A stretch of DNA of 64,000 nucleotides from positions 30,380,001-30,444,000 of the forward strand of contig OZ024748.1 in NCBI GenBank assembly GCA_964016885.1, given 5' to 3'. The notes under the pieces were generated by a model. That model saw only the letters and a program-made list of their open reading frames with translations, had not been told where the DNA came from and ran no database searches. Positions 51,150 through 63,786 of this stretch are shown here, in pieces. Both the position numbers and the translations under genes were made by a program. Source of the DNA: Eledone cirrhosa. Lineage: Eukaryota. Position 1 is the stretch's first letter; each line of letters starts with the position of its first letter.

Positions 51150-52784
51150 GTTCATTGTTATAAGTGGTCACCCCAGAAAAAGAAAAAAATAGCGGAATCT
51201 GGTGTTGTGTGAGTAACATTACGAATACACAGCAAATTTTATTGACAAACTATGAAAATACGCAGTCAAAGAAACGCACATGTGAAATTTGCGTTCAGAC
51301 AGACTTTTTCTCTCACGCATCAACTAACTGTCGCATTTCACGATATATATATGTTTCTCGTTTCTTACAACGAACACTTTCAAAACAAAAAAAAACAAAA
51401 AAATTTGATATTTAAAAAAAACAAAAAACATTTCAACAGGAACATTTATTTTCGATGAACCATTGCCTTTTTTTTCATCGTTTTCTTCATCGTTCAAGTT
51501 TTTTTTCAGAGTTCACACCAATAATTATGCTAAGTGAAGCCTTTCTTTTTCATCATTGTCACTTTCACACACACATTTTTTTCAAAATTGCTGCCAACGA
51601 CCTGTTGCACTATCATTTTCTCGCGCGGTAGAAATATTATTTTTTTCAACCTAACTTAACCTTGTATTGGCACGTGTAGGCAGCACAAATTCTCAACTCA
51701 CGGAGATATCTCGACTTACAGAGATAGCCGCATGCCAGAGATAACGTTTCTCGCCAAGGATTCTTCAGCCTTAAGCTATATTTTCCTATTTGCCGGTTTA
51801 AAAATTTACCACGTAAATTTGCCGTTGAAGACTGCGCATTTATTCAGAATGCTTATTTCTTTGGTCGCTGGCCTCTTGACCATTCCAGGTCAACGCATTC
51901 TCAACATCGACCATCAACTTCGGCTGTTATTTCTAACACTTTGCGCAACTCATTTTTTCCGAAAAAATTTTTTTTTACTGTGAATTTAAACACCGAATAC
52001 GCTCACTCTGCGAGACAACAACATCAACAGCAACACAGCTTCCCCGCCGAATCCCACTATATCACTTTCAGCCACAAACTGTTAGTCATTTTCCTGGCTG
52101 TCAAACACTTTTGGTATTCACTGAAAGGCTGACAATTCATGATCTTTACCGACCATCGTCCGCTTACGTTTGCACTTTGTTCCAATCCGAACAAATACTC
52201 GCCTTGGGAAACTCATCATTTGGACTTCATTTCCCAGTTTACGAATGACATTTGTCATATCCCTGGTGAACAAAATACAGCGGCAGATGCCTTATCTCAC
52301 CTGCCCATCAATTCCTTGTCAGCACCTGCGAATATTGACTTGTATCTCATGGCTGCAGAACAGCCCACCCTAGAGTCGTTGGATCTCTCTTCACTGGAAT
52401 TAGCAACCTGCAAATTCAAATACCTCCCTGTACCCACTTCGGACTCTCAGATTCTCTGTGATACTGTGACAGATTCACCTCACCCTCTGGTCCCAGAGAC
52501 TCATCGTCGAATAGTTTTCAACTTTCTACACAGTCTGGCACACCCCGGAATTTCAACCACAGTGAAACTCATAGATTCTTCTGGCCAAATATGAGATATG
52601 ATATCAATGCTTGGTCACATTCCTGTTTATCTTGTGAGAAGTCGAAGGTGCATAAGCATATTCGTGCACCTCTTGGCACATTTAGCACACCTGACGCACG
52701 CTTTTGCCACATACATATCAATCTTGTGGGACCTTGGCCCGTCATTCGTGGATATTCATACATCCTGACCTGCATTGATCGTTT

Positions 52785-54420
52785 CAAGGGGACCGACTCG
52801 GCTTGATCTTATTCGCGTTGGTAGTCGACGAGGTAGCCCAGTCATTCCGGTCACCCCTCAATGTCTGGTACCTCGACGATGCAACCCTGGGCTGCCCAGC
52901 TGAGACAGTAGTTGAGGACCTTCAACAAATCATCCCAGCTCTAAAGCTCCTTGGACTTGAGATTAACCCAACCAAGTCTGAGGACCAACATCAGCTATGG
53001 AGAGGCCGCATTCCGCAACACCATACTCTGCTCCCATCCCATCCTGGCCGGGGCTCGGCTGACACCCAAGGACGCCGCAGGCATTCTCAGCTCCCCCATT
53101 CCTCCGAAAGCCATAACAGAATGCCTGGAGACCAACCATGCAGATTTGTCCCAATTAGCAGAGAGGCTGCGGCTCATTGACGCTCACCCAGCACTCTTCC
53201 TCTAGAGGAACTGTTTTGCCCTCCCCAAATTCACATTTACGCTGCGTAGTGCACTTTGCCACCCCCACACATCTTCTCGGGGAACTTGACGCCACTATTC
53301 GACACGATGCGGAACTCAAATGTAATGTCAGTTTCAACAGTGCAGGCTGGCAACAGGCGACACTCCCAGTGAAGATCAGTGGCCTTGGCTTCCAATCAGC
53401 TTCAGATCTAGCTTTACCTGCCTACTCCTGCTCTCATCAGCAAGGTTCTCAGCCAAACAGCCGAACCTGACCAGGCCCCTGAAATGGAACAGGCTCTGTC
53501 CTACTGGACAGGCGAAGGCCTCTCTATCCCTCCCATATACTACGGTCCAACGTAAGTGGAACGACATCAATTGAAGGTCTTCTATCAGGTGGATTGAGTC
53601 TGGCTTTGACCAACACCGCCTCGCCTGCATCCACTATGCTTCTCAGCCCCAAAGCGGCGCTTGGCTCAAATAGGTGCCCTCCTCATCAACCGGTTTCCTT
53701 CTTGATGATGACTTCACTCGTATTAGAGTAGCCCAATGCCTTGGCCTCCACGTGTGTGAGCCACATAAATGCCACTGCGGGGCGGTTGTTAACAAGTTCA
53801 GCCTGCACCCTCTGTCTTGCCGCCAGAGCTCAGGCCAATTCCCCCGACACACTGCTCTAAATGACATATTGAGAAGGAGCCTGGACACAGCTGCCTTTCC
53901 ATCTCAACTGGAGCCAGCAGGCCTAGACCGCGGAGACGGCAAGCACCTCGACGGAATCACCCTCTTCCCATTCGAAGGAAGTAGATCCCTCATCTGGGAC
54001 ACCACCTGCTGCAACAAACCCTGGCACCACAGTCCGCCTTGCAGAAGAATGTAAAATAAACAAATATCGGGGTTTGTCCGGCCGCTTGCTCTTCGCCGTT
54101 GAGACCTCAGGCATACTTAGACCCCGTACTGCCAAGCTCCTCCGCAAAATAGGAACGTTGGCAGCCCGTCTGAGGAGGGAGCCCTGTAAAGCTGGGTGAC
54201 TGTTGCAGCAGGTGTCACTGGCCATTGTCCGGGGGGATTGCTTTTGCCGTCTTGTCTTGCAGGGCACAGCATTTCTGCCCTGCGCCCAAACACTTCCCCT
54301 CTCTTCTGCGACACCTGAACTCTTGCCATCACCTCTCCTTCCCGTTCTTTTTCTTCTTTCTTTTCTCTTTTTTCTCTATATTTCCCTATTCTTTCTTTCC
54401 TTTTGTTTCCTTTTTATTAT
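52785..54420 (+). mobile_element. CRE-clade non-LTR retrotransposon 3' half (RT, zinc knuckle, restriction-like endonuclease), decayed
   Basis: QGD.LG.ILFAL; WYLDDAT; CHCG..HPLSC; RHTALNDILRRSL..LEPAGLDRGDGKHLDG..LIWDTTC; FAVETSG; QQVSLAIVRG. Confidence 0.8.
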
Positions 54421-54846
54421 TATTGCATTATTACAGTTATCATTTGGCAGTATCTGTAGAGCGCCCTTTACGTTCTGAATTCAAATCCGCCGAGGTTAAC
54501 TTTGCCTTTCATCCTTACAGGGTCGATAAAATAAAGCACCAGTAATGCACTGAGATAATTGCTGGCCTTGTGCCAAAAGTAGAAACATTATTATTATTAT
54601 TATTATTGTTACTGTAAATAATATCATGTTTATACAATAAAATATTAGCAGTAAACTAATGATGACCCATTTTCTAGTTAAACAGTTATTGAAACGGTGT
54701 GGTCTTTGGGAAAAAAATTGGGAAACACTTGCTGCACCCAATTGTTAGGTTAAGAGAATGTCTCTGAGTGGGAGTTGAGATTAGATAAAAAAATAAAGCA
54801 AGAATTATTTTTCAAAAATGACAAAAATATATAAAAAGGGCGTAAT

Positions 54847-54901
54847 ACGTCACATAGTGTGACGTCATGGCTCATACGGAAGTCGACGTTTTCAAAATGG
54901 C
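54847..54901 (+). promoter_or_regulatory. Compact housekeeping-type promoter motifs
   Basis: CRE TGACGTCA (54860-54867), ETS CGGAAGT (54877-54883), and YY1-like AAAATGGC overlapping ATG 54897. Confidence 0.55.
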
Positions 54902-54972
54902 AGGGCAACTTGGTCTGTCGATCGAGTCCCAAGATGCGAATATTCTCAAACAAGAAATATCTAAACTTTCAG
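54897..54972 (+). CDS. Probable ZC3H3-like gene, coding exon 1
   Basis: MAGQLGLSIESQDANILKQEISKLS-G|GTAACA. Phase 1 joins the 61374 exon to give ILKQEISKLSGLIQ, resembling the ZC3H3 N-terminus ILRRQIRLLQGLID. Confidence 0.6.
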
Positions 54973-56507
54973 GTAACAATATATATATATACATATGGAA
55001 CAAACGTAACACAAAACAACAGGAATATGTATATTACTGACGATATATCGTGTAGAAGATTTGGATTTCTTTTTTAAATTACAAATACTTCATCTTTCTC
55101 TCTTTGTATAGTTTTCGGAAATTTTCTTTATTCAAAATTAGGAAAGATGTCATAAAAGTTATCAATTTCTTCTAAAATGTTTTTTTTTTATAGCTTTTTT
55201 GTTTGAATTTATTATATATATTCGAAGTTCTATATGTATCACTTTCAATAGAAATGTTACGATTGTATATCTTGTAATAACGAATTACTCAGAATCTCTT
55301 CTATTTTTAAAAAAATCACCATTTATTTGCACCATAGTTACGTCCCTTTACATTCTGAGTTCAAATCCCGCCGAGGTTAGCTTTGTCTTTCAACCTTACA
55401 GGGTCGATAAAATAAAGTACTAGTTATGTACTGGGTCGACTTAATCGACTTTCCCCTCTCCTCAAATTGCTGGCCTTGTGCCTATAGTAGAAATCATTAT
55501 TATATATATTTCCAATATATCTCAAATTTTCTGTTATAAGCACGGGCGCGTCACCGAAAATTGCGTTTTTTTTTTTTTCTTTTGATTTGGTTAAATAAAT
55601 TCTGTTTATACTTTGTTTAATTTTCATCATATAACTATTGTTATGAATCGTAGAGTTAAAACAAAAAACTTTTTTAATCCAGTCGCATCACTTCTTCCTG
55701 GTGGCAATCTATATATATATATTTGCTTTTATTACCAAGAGAGAAGACTAGCAGAATTTTGATATTACGAGATCCCAGTTGATGACTCACTATGCACTTA
55801 TATATTTACTTCAACTCGTTTTAAATGAATTTTAATCTATTCGTTCATCTTATATAATGTCATATTTATTTTTTAAATACATTTACTGTTGTGGCGTTTA
55901 CATAACATGGCAAACTATTCCATTCTCTAAAAATATGTAACTCAGAAAAAATATATGTATATTTTTTAATGTCTTTAGAGCATTCTTTCTTATAAAATAT
56001 ATTATTGTGACCATAGCACGTTCATTTATCTGGAATAGTGTATTAACATAGTTCTAAGTTCATTCATTTTATAAAACCAGCTCTCTCTTCTAAAGTTGTA
56101 CTTAAGTTTTTTTTTAGACTTATTATTTTTGTTTTAAATCTGAATAATGTACTAACATTTATATTTTAAATTCTTTTCATCATTTTTAATACTTCTATCA
56201 TACCTTGTCTTTTCCTTCTCTCTAACATTGAAATTCCTACAATAACGGGGTGTCTAATGACTATCTTTTTTTTTTTATATTCTAATTCAGTGCGTCATTG
56301 TTGAATTAAATTTGCATTCCATCCAAATAAACCACAGTAGAAATTTCTCTCATTTTTTAATTAAGTATTATTTCATCTGAAGGTAGCAACAGTTGAAACG
56401 CCATGTATGTAGGAACTATGAGACATATATGTGTGTATGTGGAAAGGGAAAAAAAAGTGTTCTATTTATTATACAGAGCTATTTAATTACATAATAAACA
56501 ACACAAT

Positions 56508-56592
56508 ATAATTATTTCATTACCGAATGTTTCAAGAAACTAGATAATTCTTGCAATAAACATCCAATTCGATCGTCAGACAAAATAATTAT
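56508..56592 (-). ncRNA. Type I hammerhead ribozyme motif, antisense copy (stem III mismatch)
   Basis: Minus strand TAATTATTTTGT-CTGACGA-..-GAAA-CATTCGG-TA-ATGAAATAATTA, giving a 12-bp stem I. Confidence 0.5.
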
Positions 56593-56607
56593 GTTTATAT
56601 CCAAAAC

Positions 56608-56688
56608 AATTACTTTGTCTGACGATTGAACTGGATGTTTATTGCAAGAATCATCAAGTTTCTGGAAACCTTCGGTAATGAAATAATT
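56608..56688 (+). ncRNA. Type I hammerhead ribozyme motif (Penelope-type), sense copy
   Basis: CTGACGA 56619-56625, GAAA 56665-56668, stem III CC-TTC-GG, GTA cleavage triplet 56675-56677, stem I AATTACTTTGT/ATGAAATAATT. Confidence 0.6.
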
Positions 56689-58667
56689 ACATTGTGTTGT
56701 TAATGGTGTAATTATATATATATATATATATAATGCTCTAAATACATATGTAATTTTTTCTCGGTTATTAGTGAATGAAATAGTTTGTTAGGTCATGGAG
56801 TAAACGCCATAACAAAAAGATTGAAAGATACATCATGATGAATGACTAGATTGAAATTAATTTGATTTTAATAATATATTAAATGAAACAAATTTGTTTT
56901 AAAGAGAATTTGTTTATATATTTAAATAAAAAGTGTAATAAATTTTCATTTAATTTTAAGAGACTTATAACGCGGAACGCTAGTGTTACTGGTGAAACAT
57001 TGCGTATTCTGTTTTTCAGTATCACCTTGAACGAATGTCTGAACTTATTATTGTTTAGTCCCAGTTCATCTCTGATTGAACAGACCTATAATCAAAGACG
57101 TTCCAGCAGTGACCATCGCATCTTTTTTTCCTATGCGCTCGGAACACACGACCATATTCTCCGACAACGCGTCCCGATTATAAAATGGTAGAATGTGAAT
57201 GCAGATTTGGCTGCTATTTTTAACACGTCGAACGACTATGTAAAGCAGAGGGTCTTAAACTTTTTGGACCACTGCCCCCCTCACAGCCACTTAATACCCT
57301 CATTGTCCCAACCCCTATTTCCAGAGAGACCTGTCTACACGCAAATAATTGTTTCTATTTAGGCACAAATAATAAATAATTGTTTCTATTTAGGCACAAG
57401 GCCAGCAATTATCTCAGTGTATTACTGGTACTTTATTTTATCGACTCCGCAAGGATGAAAGGCAAAGTTAACCTCGGCGGGATTTGAACTCAGACTGTAA
57501 AGGGACGTAACTATGCTAGAAAGCATGGCGTTCGACCCTCTACCGATACTGCCAATAATATATAATATAATATATATATATAAAAACAAAGAAACAGTTC
57601 CTTATATTAAAAATTCATCATTTTACGATCGTTATATATATATATATATAAAAACAAAGAAACAGTTCCTTATATTAAAAATTTATCATTTTACGATCGT
57701 TTCTAGGATATATATGTGTGTGTTGGTATGTATATCATATAGATCTATGTAAAATTTTTACAAACTATCAGAGGGAATATACATACCTACACATATATAT
57801 GCTGTCTTCAGAAATAATTGTTTCTACTTTAGGCACAAGGCCAGCAAATATCCAGTGCATCACTGGTACTTTATTTTATCGACCCCGTAAGGATGAAAGG
57901 CAAAGTCAACCTCGGCGGGATTTGAACTCGGATCATAAAGGGACGTATAATGATATTTGTTTATTGAAAAAAACCAACAAAGATTTAATATAATAGGTCT
58001 GTTTGGGAACAGGTTTTGAATTGACCAATAGAAAGGTAGTAAAGTGGTCATGATAGAATAGTAGTAATAGAAATTTAATTTAGGAGTAGAGGAAAGCAGA
58101 CTTCAGTTTTGAATGAAAAGATTACTTTGGGGATGAAAATAGGTCAAGCCAGTGAAAGGTACACGAAAATTTGATGTTATAAAAGAATAATGCTAATGTT
58201 AAAATCTAAGGAGAATAAAATTTTACGATAAATGTGTTAGTGAAAAATATCAATCTTATTTAAAACATAAGGAATTTACATCTATAAAAAGAAAATAAAT
58301 TAATTTAATTGATAGGTTTATTTATATTGATAAATTTATATTAATTCATATAGATATGATAAATAAGAGTTAGATGTAATTGAAGAATGTTAAAAACGAA
58401 GGGGAAAAAAAAAAATAATAATAATAATTGGGAGAGGGGGGATAAATGTATTAGTGAGAAATAACGCATTTATATAGATTACAAGGAATATAGATTCATA
58501 ACCTGAAATTAAAATAGTTTATATGTATACTTATTGGTATAAATTTTAGGAAAAGATAGCTGTAAAAGGGAAATAAAATTATGCAGTTCATTAGTAGTAG
58601 AATATTAATTATAGGTTAACTAATTTAAAAAAAAAATGTTTTATTATAATAATTTGTAAAGTGTATA

Positions 58668-59267
58668 TTAATTAGGTTTATAATATTTAAAAGTTCTTCT
58701 AATTTTATGATTATATGATATAATTAATTCTTGTCGCTTATTTAATAGGATATCCTTAGATTTCATTATTTCAAAAAGTTCCTGGGAACATAATCTACAT
58801 TCATATCTATTATTTTGATAAGGGGTGGCCCTTTTGAGCACACTCCAGGTCAGGTTATAATCGATATGCTTTTTTCTATAATTATTAATTATTTCAGCTA
58901 AGGATGTTGTATTAGCTAATGCGGCATTTTGAAAACTGTGTTTGTGGGTATTAAATCTTACTTTAAATTGGTTAGAAGTAGCTCCTATATATGAATAAGT
59001 TGAGTCCTTAGTGTTAATTTTACATTTATATACTATGTTATTAATAAGACTATTTCCTATTAATGGGCAATTTGCTTTGTTTCTACAGTTACAACCTTTT
59101 GTAAATGTTGTATCAGAGGAGATAGTCAAATTAGGTGTGGAATTTTCTCGACTTGTTGTATGTGAATGAGATGGTGGTTTGCTGTGGTTTATTTTAGTAT
59201 TATGGTTAGTTTGATGTATTGGTGGTATATTCATGGTTTTTTTAACATTTATATGCATTATAGGCAC
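58668..59267 (-). mobile_element. Penelope-like element GIY-YIG endonuclease ORF (5'-truncated, no RT)
   Basis: CNCRNKANCPLIGN..IVYKC..YIGATSNQFKVRFNTHKHSF..CRLCSQE..LLNKRQE. Confidence 0.85.
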
Positions 59268-59338
59268 TTATATTTTGTTGTATATTTTTGGTTGTTGAGT
59301 AGGAGAATTTGACCGTTGATCTATTTAAAATTTGATGG

Positions 59339-59372
<34 letters not shown>

Positions 59373-59380
<8 letters not shown>

Positions 59381-60176
59381 CCTCACAATATGAGTTCAAT
59401 TTGTTCCATGACCTAGCACGTTTTACGATTTACTCGTTTTATGAATCTATTTTCCCCATTGAAATTAACTAAAATATAAATAATCCGTTCTAGCCCCCCA
59501 AAAACACCCCAAAATAATTTTTTATGGGTTTTAAAACTGGTTTTATTAATTCAATTACCTTAAAGATAGGACGATTTGTGCACGAGGAAGACGGAGTGAT
59601 TGGGGGTTGGGGGTGGGGTGGAAAGAATCTCCTTCCATTCAGCCTTCAGGAAGAACAATTTCTGGTGTTTTCTCTCACTTTGTTTAATTTAGGTTTTTTG
59701 GACACACTTCAATTTCTACACTTGCAGGTCGTTTCATTAGAAACATATCAAGAGAAGTCTGCTTTTTCCTGCCTTTCAAAATGTTACGAAAATGTGCCAG
59801 AGCAGTGTCACGACCTGAAGATAGTTTTCAGGATGATTTTTTTTCTACAAATTCAGAAACATCCTGTCACTTTACCAACACTGCTTTTATGTCACTCAAT
59901 TATTATAAAATAATAGCAAAAAACGCACAGAACTTACGAAATAACACTGGGAAAAACAAAATAGGGATGCCACAATGAGATAAACACGTGAACTAAGCGG
60001 GCGGAGGATGCGTTTGTTGGGAGGGCATGTATGGGCTCAGCGCTGACTAGCTGTCGCTTGTATGAAACTTGATCATACTGCGGATTTCTACTCGTACTAC
60101 AAGACAATTCGCTCAAACCTCAGCTGGTACAGCAAATTACTCATACAATGGGACACTCGTACTGCAAGGTTCTATG
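59373..60176 (-). mobile_element. Tigger/pogo-like internally deleted DNA transposon
   Basis: TA-flanked ends (C)AGTGATACCTC / AAGGTTCTATG, and a minus-strand transposase tail HFRNILKGRKKQTSLDMFLMKRP at ~59720-59797. Confidence 0.7.
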
Positions 60177-61373
60177 TATCATTTGATATTTAATATACTA
60201 TTATATCATGTATACAATACCATAATAATATAAATAATTCATGCCGTCCTCCAATCCACTGCCAAAAACGAGATACATAGGCAAATATTTTCTTAATAAA
60301 ATAATACACAAAAACAGCCCATGAGAAAGATAAGTTTGGTGAAGTGAAAGTAGCTTCTCAATCTGAGGCTGAATTGTACTATATATATATAGTATAGTAT
60401 ATATATAAAAGCAGTAGCAGATGTTGAGAATGGTGGTGTTCAGTCACTTGGGTACTTTGAGGAAGAAGCACATTTGAATAAATGGAATGTGTACAGTAGT
60501 AATTGAATTGGTCATTTAGGAGTGGTTGCTGCTGACATGGTTCTAGTGGCTGATTTTGTTGTTGCTGCTTATGGTGGACAATATTTGAAAACAAAATGTT
60601 TTTATTCAAATGTTGAACTATCTTCGGTACTGCTCTCTCTGATGGTTGTGGCACCTACTTTCAGAACCTCTTGGTGTAGAGTCTCTCTCCCTGTATATAT
60701 TGACTCTCTCTCTCTCTCCATATATGTATGTCTTTAATTATAACTGCAGAGGTGTTGTTTTCATTTTCCATTTCTTCTAGAGAAGGATAGAAAGAGATAT
60801 AAAGGAAGAATCAACCTCATCAATGGATGAAAGTTGACATGGGTGGGATTTGAATGCAGAGAGCTGAAATGAATACTCTGCCAATTCACCACCTTTAAAA
60901 AGTGTTTACATTTATCTAAAAAAGTCTTCTCATAGTTCTGAGTTTGTATTTGGGGAATATCTTAACAATGGTTCTTAGTTGACAATAAAGGTTCTTTGAT
61001 AAAATATATAATGGAAGGTTTTTAGATAAACAGCTTAAACCTTTTATCATTCTAATGAAAAAAATCTTCAAAGTTATATTACCAAATCTTTCCAAATTCT
61101 TGATTTCCATTCTGTTAAAGTGCTTCTTTGGCCCTCCAATTCGGCAGTGCCCATAGGAAATCCTATGAACACTAAGTGCCTTTAAACCCCTTCTTTGGTC
61201 CTCCAGCCAGGCACTGACTATTGTGTAACTGGCCATAGAAGATCCTACAAGGTCAAGAGCTGGAACATTTTATCCATTACTCTAATGATTCTGCCAATCC
61301 ACCACCATATATAATAAAAGAAATCTCCTCATAGTAATCATGACAATATTTTAATTTGTTTCATTTTCTGTAG

Positions 61374-62642
61374 GTTTGATCCAAAAGGAGAAGGAAAGAA
61401 GAGCTCTTACAACATGCCAGAGAAACAATACCATAAATTTTTCTCGGTTTTCTACTCGATTTATTAAATCTTCTCCTCCTCCTCCAATTTCACCCCCTAA
61501 AACATTCAGAAGTGGCACCTATCATCCCAGTATGTGTTATACAAACTCAAAGCTTACACACAGTAAAACCAGTCAAACGTACCTAAATCCAGCTTCCACC
61601 TCAAGAACTGCTAACAACAAAGTCCTCATTCAACCACAGTCAGTTTCTTCCAAGATTTCATCTTACAAATCAAAGAATGTATATAATTCTATATTGTCAA
61701 AAAAGCTTCCCTGTTCATCATCATCACTATCATCACAGAGTAATAATGAAGCATCATCATTAGCAACAGCATCATTATCTTCACCCAGTAAATCACTGAG
61801 TTTATCTGAAGCCAAATCAAAAATGGTTAAAAATGCACAGGAAGATCTAGTGAAAACTGAGGCTAAATTACAGTGTTTAAAAACAACTTATGCCAAGTTG
61901 TGTTCTTCAGCTCCTTTCAAAAATGCTTCCTCTCACAAAGCAACTGTTAAAGAAATGATTAAACCAAAGTTAATTGAAACTAAACCTGTGACCTCTTCAA
62001 TTAAAGTAGAACAATCCTCTCAAAAGGAAGCTACCATGAAACATCCACCTTGTTTAAGGAACATAACAAAATCACAAGTAGTTAAAATATCTCCCAAGAT
62101 CTCCCATGTTAAATCTGATCTTTCTCTGAAATCCTGGATTAAACCCTCGTCTATCAGAAAAGTTCCTGTCACGCCGTCTTCACGAACTGCATTTCCTCAG
62201 CCATCCACTTCACTCCAGCTATCCAAAATTACACAGAAACCAGTTGTCACATCTTCTAAAAGTGCCAAATCTCCTCTAGTGCAATGTCATAGGTATAAAA
62301 TAGTGAGAAAACCTGGCATTAAGAAACCAACAACACCACTGGTTAAAACTGTAAAGGTTGTTAGACAAAACAATGTTATGACACCGTTTAAGTTAATTAA
62401 GAGCCAGTTGTTGTCTACAACACCTTCCAGTACAGTCAGCCTTCCACTGAGAAAGACGGGCTATTCTTATTTCTCTTCAAAGAGCCTCTTGCGTGCCAGG
62501 GCTTTAAATCGAGGTGCTAATTCTGTGATTGCCAAGGACTACAAAAAGAGACTTGCTGCTTTGTTAATTGATTTTGGGAAAGTATCTTATCGTCCAAAGA
62601 AATTAGCTTCCAGTAACTTATCGAAACAGAGGATTGCCTCTG
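61374..62642 (+). CDS. Large Ser/Lys/Pro/Thr-rich exon 2 of the probable ZC3H3-like gene
   Basis: ttctgtAG| acceptor, 1269 nt open (phase 1-1), TG|GTAAGT donor. Confidence 0.8.
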
Positions 62643-63324
62643 GTAAGTGTTTTCTCATCATTTTAAATCTGTTAGTTTCTTTAACTTCTTATGAATTATT
62701 GAACAACTTTTGTTGTTTCTGTAGCAAATTTGATTATTGGAGGTAAGTTGCTACCCTCATGTGCCATTCCTACTTTCTCAACACAGACTGAAAAATAACT
62801 GTTTCAAAGTCAAGGGAGAGGGTCCTTAAGGATAAATAAGGACCTTTGCTCTATTTTCAAAGGAACATTGGCTTATATATCTTTATTTTGCCAAAAAATA
62901 TTTTCAAAGAATTGGAAGACCAAGCTGGCAAGATATTGTCTGTACTGTAATAACTGGGCTAGCGGGTTTAAAGTGTTAAAGATTTTCTATATAGTGTATA
63001 ATTAATTAGTTAATCATTATTTTCATCAATGCTGTAAATATAACTTCTAAGAAAAGTATATATATATATTACATTTATTTCTCCAGATAATTTATGGATC
63101 TCTTCCACAGAAACTGTTGTAATAGCAATATTCCTTCATACGTGGGACAGTTGTTTCTGATGAGGCCACAATAAACATTGAAATGCACAAAGAATAATCT
63201 TTGTTTTTTTTGCGTATGAAGGAATAGTTGATAGTATTTACACTTCATAGTCCATTCTTTTCACAGCTGAGACTTCTAATTAAAAAACTGTAATTATATC
63301 TACCTTTTATCCTAAATCTTCAAT

Positions 63325-63660
63325 AACGTCCATGTTCCATGCTAGCATGGGTAGGACAAGTTGACCGTTAGGGAGAGAATCAGGTCAGAGGACCATGTTT
63401 AGTTCACCCGGTGCAGATTTTGGCTTGGTTTCTACAGCTGGATGCCCTTCCTAACGGCAACCACATTTACAGAGTGTACTGGGTGCTTTTTGTCGTGTCA
63501 CCTACACGACCACATTACAGTGTGGACTGTGCGCTTTTGTCTTGGTATTAGGGACGGAGGGGTGGGAAGCTTGGGGAAATTGCAAACATAGGTAATAGGT
63601 GGTCCGCAAAGGAGAAGGTGTTACCTATTAGATATATGCTTCAGCTCAAGCATATAGGAG
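63325..63660 (-). mobile_element. RTE 3'UTR module copy
   Basis: ACGTCCATGTTCCATGCTAGCATGGG..GCTGGATGCCCTTCCTAAC..CTGGGTGCTTTTTGTCG, the same as at 1950-2200. Confidence 0.7.
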
Positions 63661-63722
63661 GGCTGGTAGCATAAATATTTATTGCATTGAAAATTTTTGA
63701 TGATTTATTTTTGAATTTGCAG

Positions 63723-63786
63723 CATCTGTTTGTTGTACACCAAGTAAGAAGACTCTTGGAAAAACCAACATCCCACCAAAGTTCAA
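63723..63786 (+). CDS. Putative exon 3 of the same gene (continues beyond the window)
   Basis: tttgcAG|(A)SVCCTPSKKTLGKTNIPPKF|GTGAGT, frame-compatible. Confidence 0.55.

Larger units (their letters stand above)
50420..52787 (+). mobile_element. Rearranged Ty3/Gypsy LTR retrotransposon (RNase H - LTR - PBS - leader - RNase H - integrase)
   Basis: LVVDASNTSVGAVLQQ..PLAFFSKQL; FTDHRPL..HIPGEQNTAADALS; LHSLAHPG..SCLSCEKSK..HINLVGP..LTCIDRF. Confidence 0.88.

Noticed and set aside
55038-55070. CTGACGA-stem-GAAG hammerhead-like motif (similar case at ~51745-51770, minus strand)
   Set aside because: Core or stems are incomplete, so compatible with chance.
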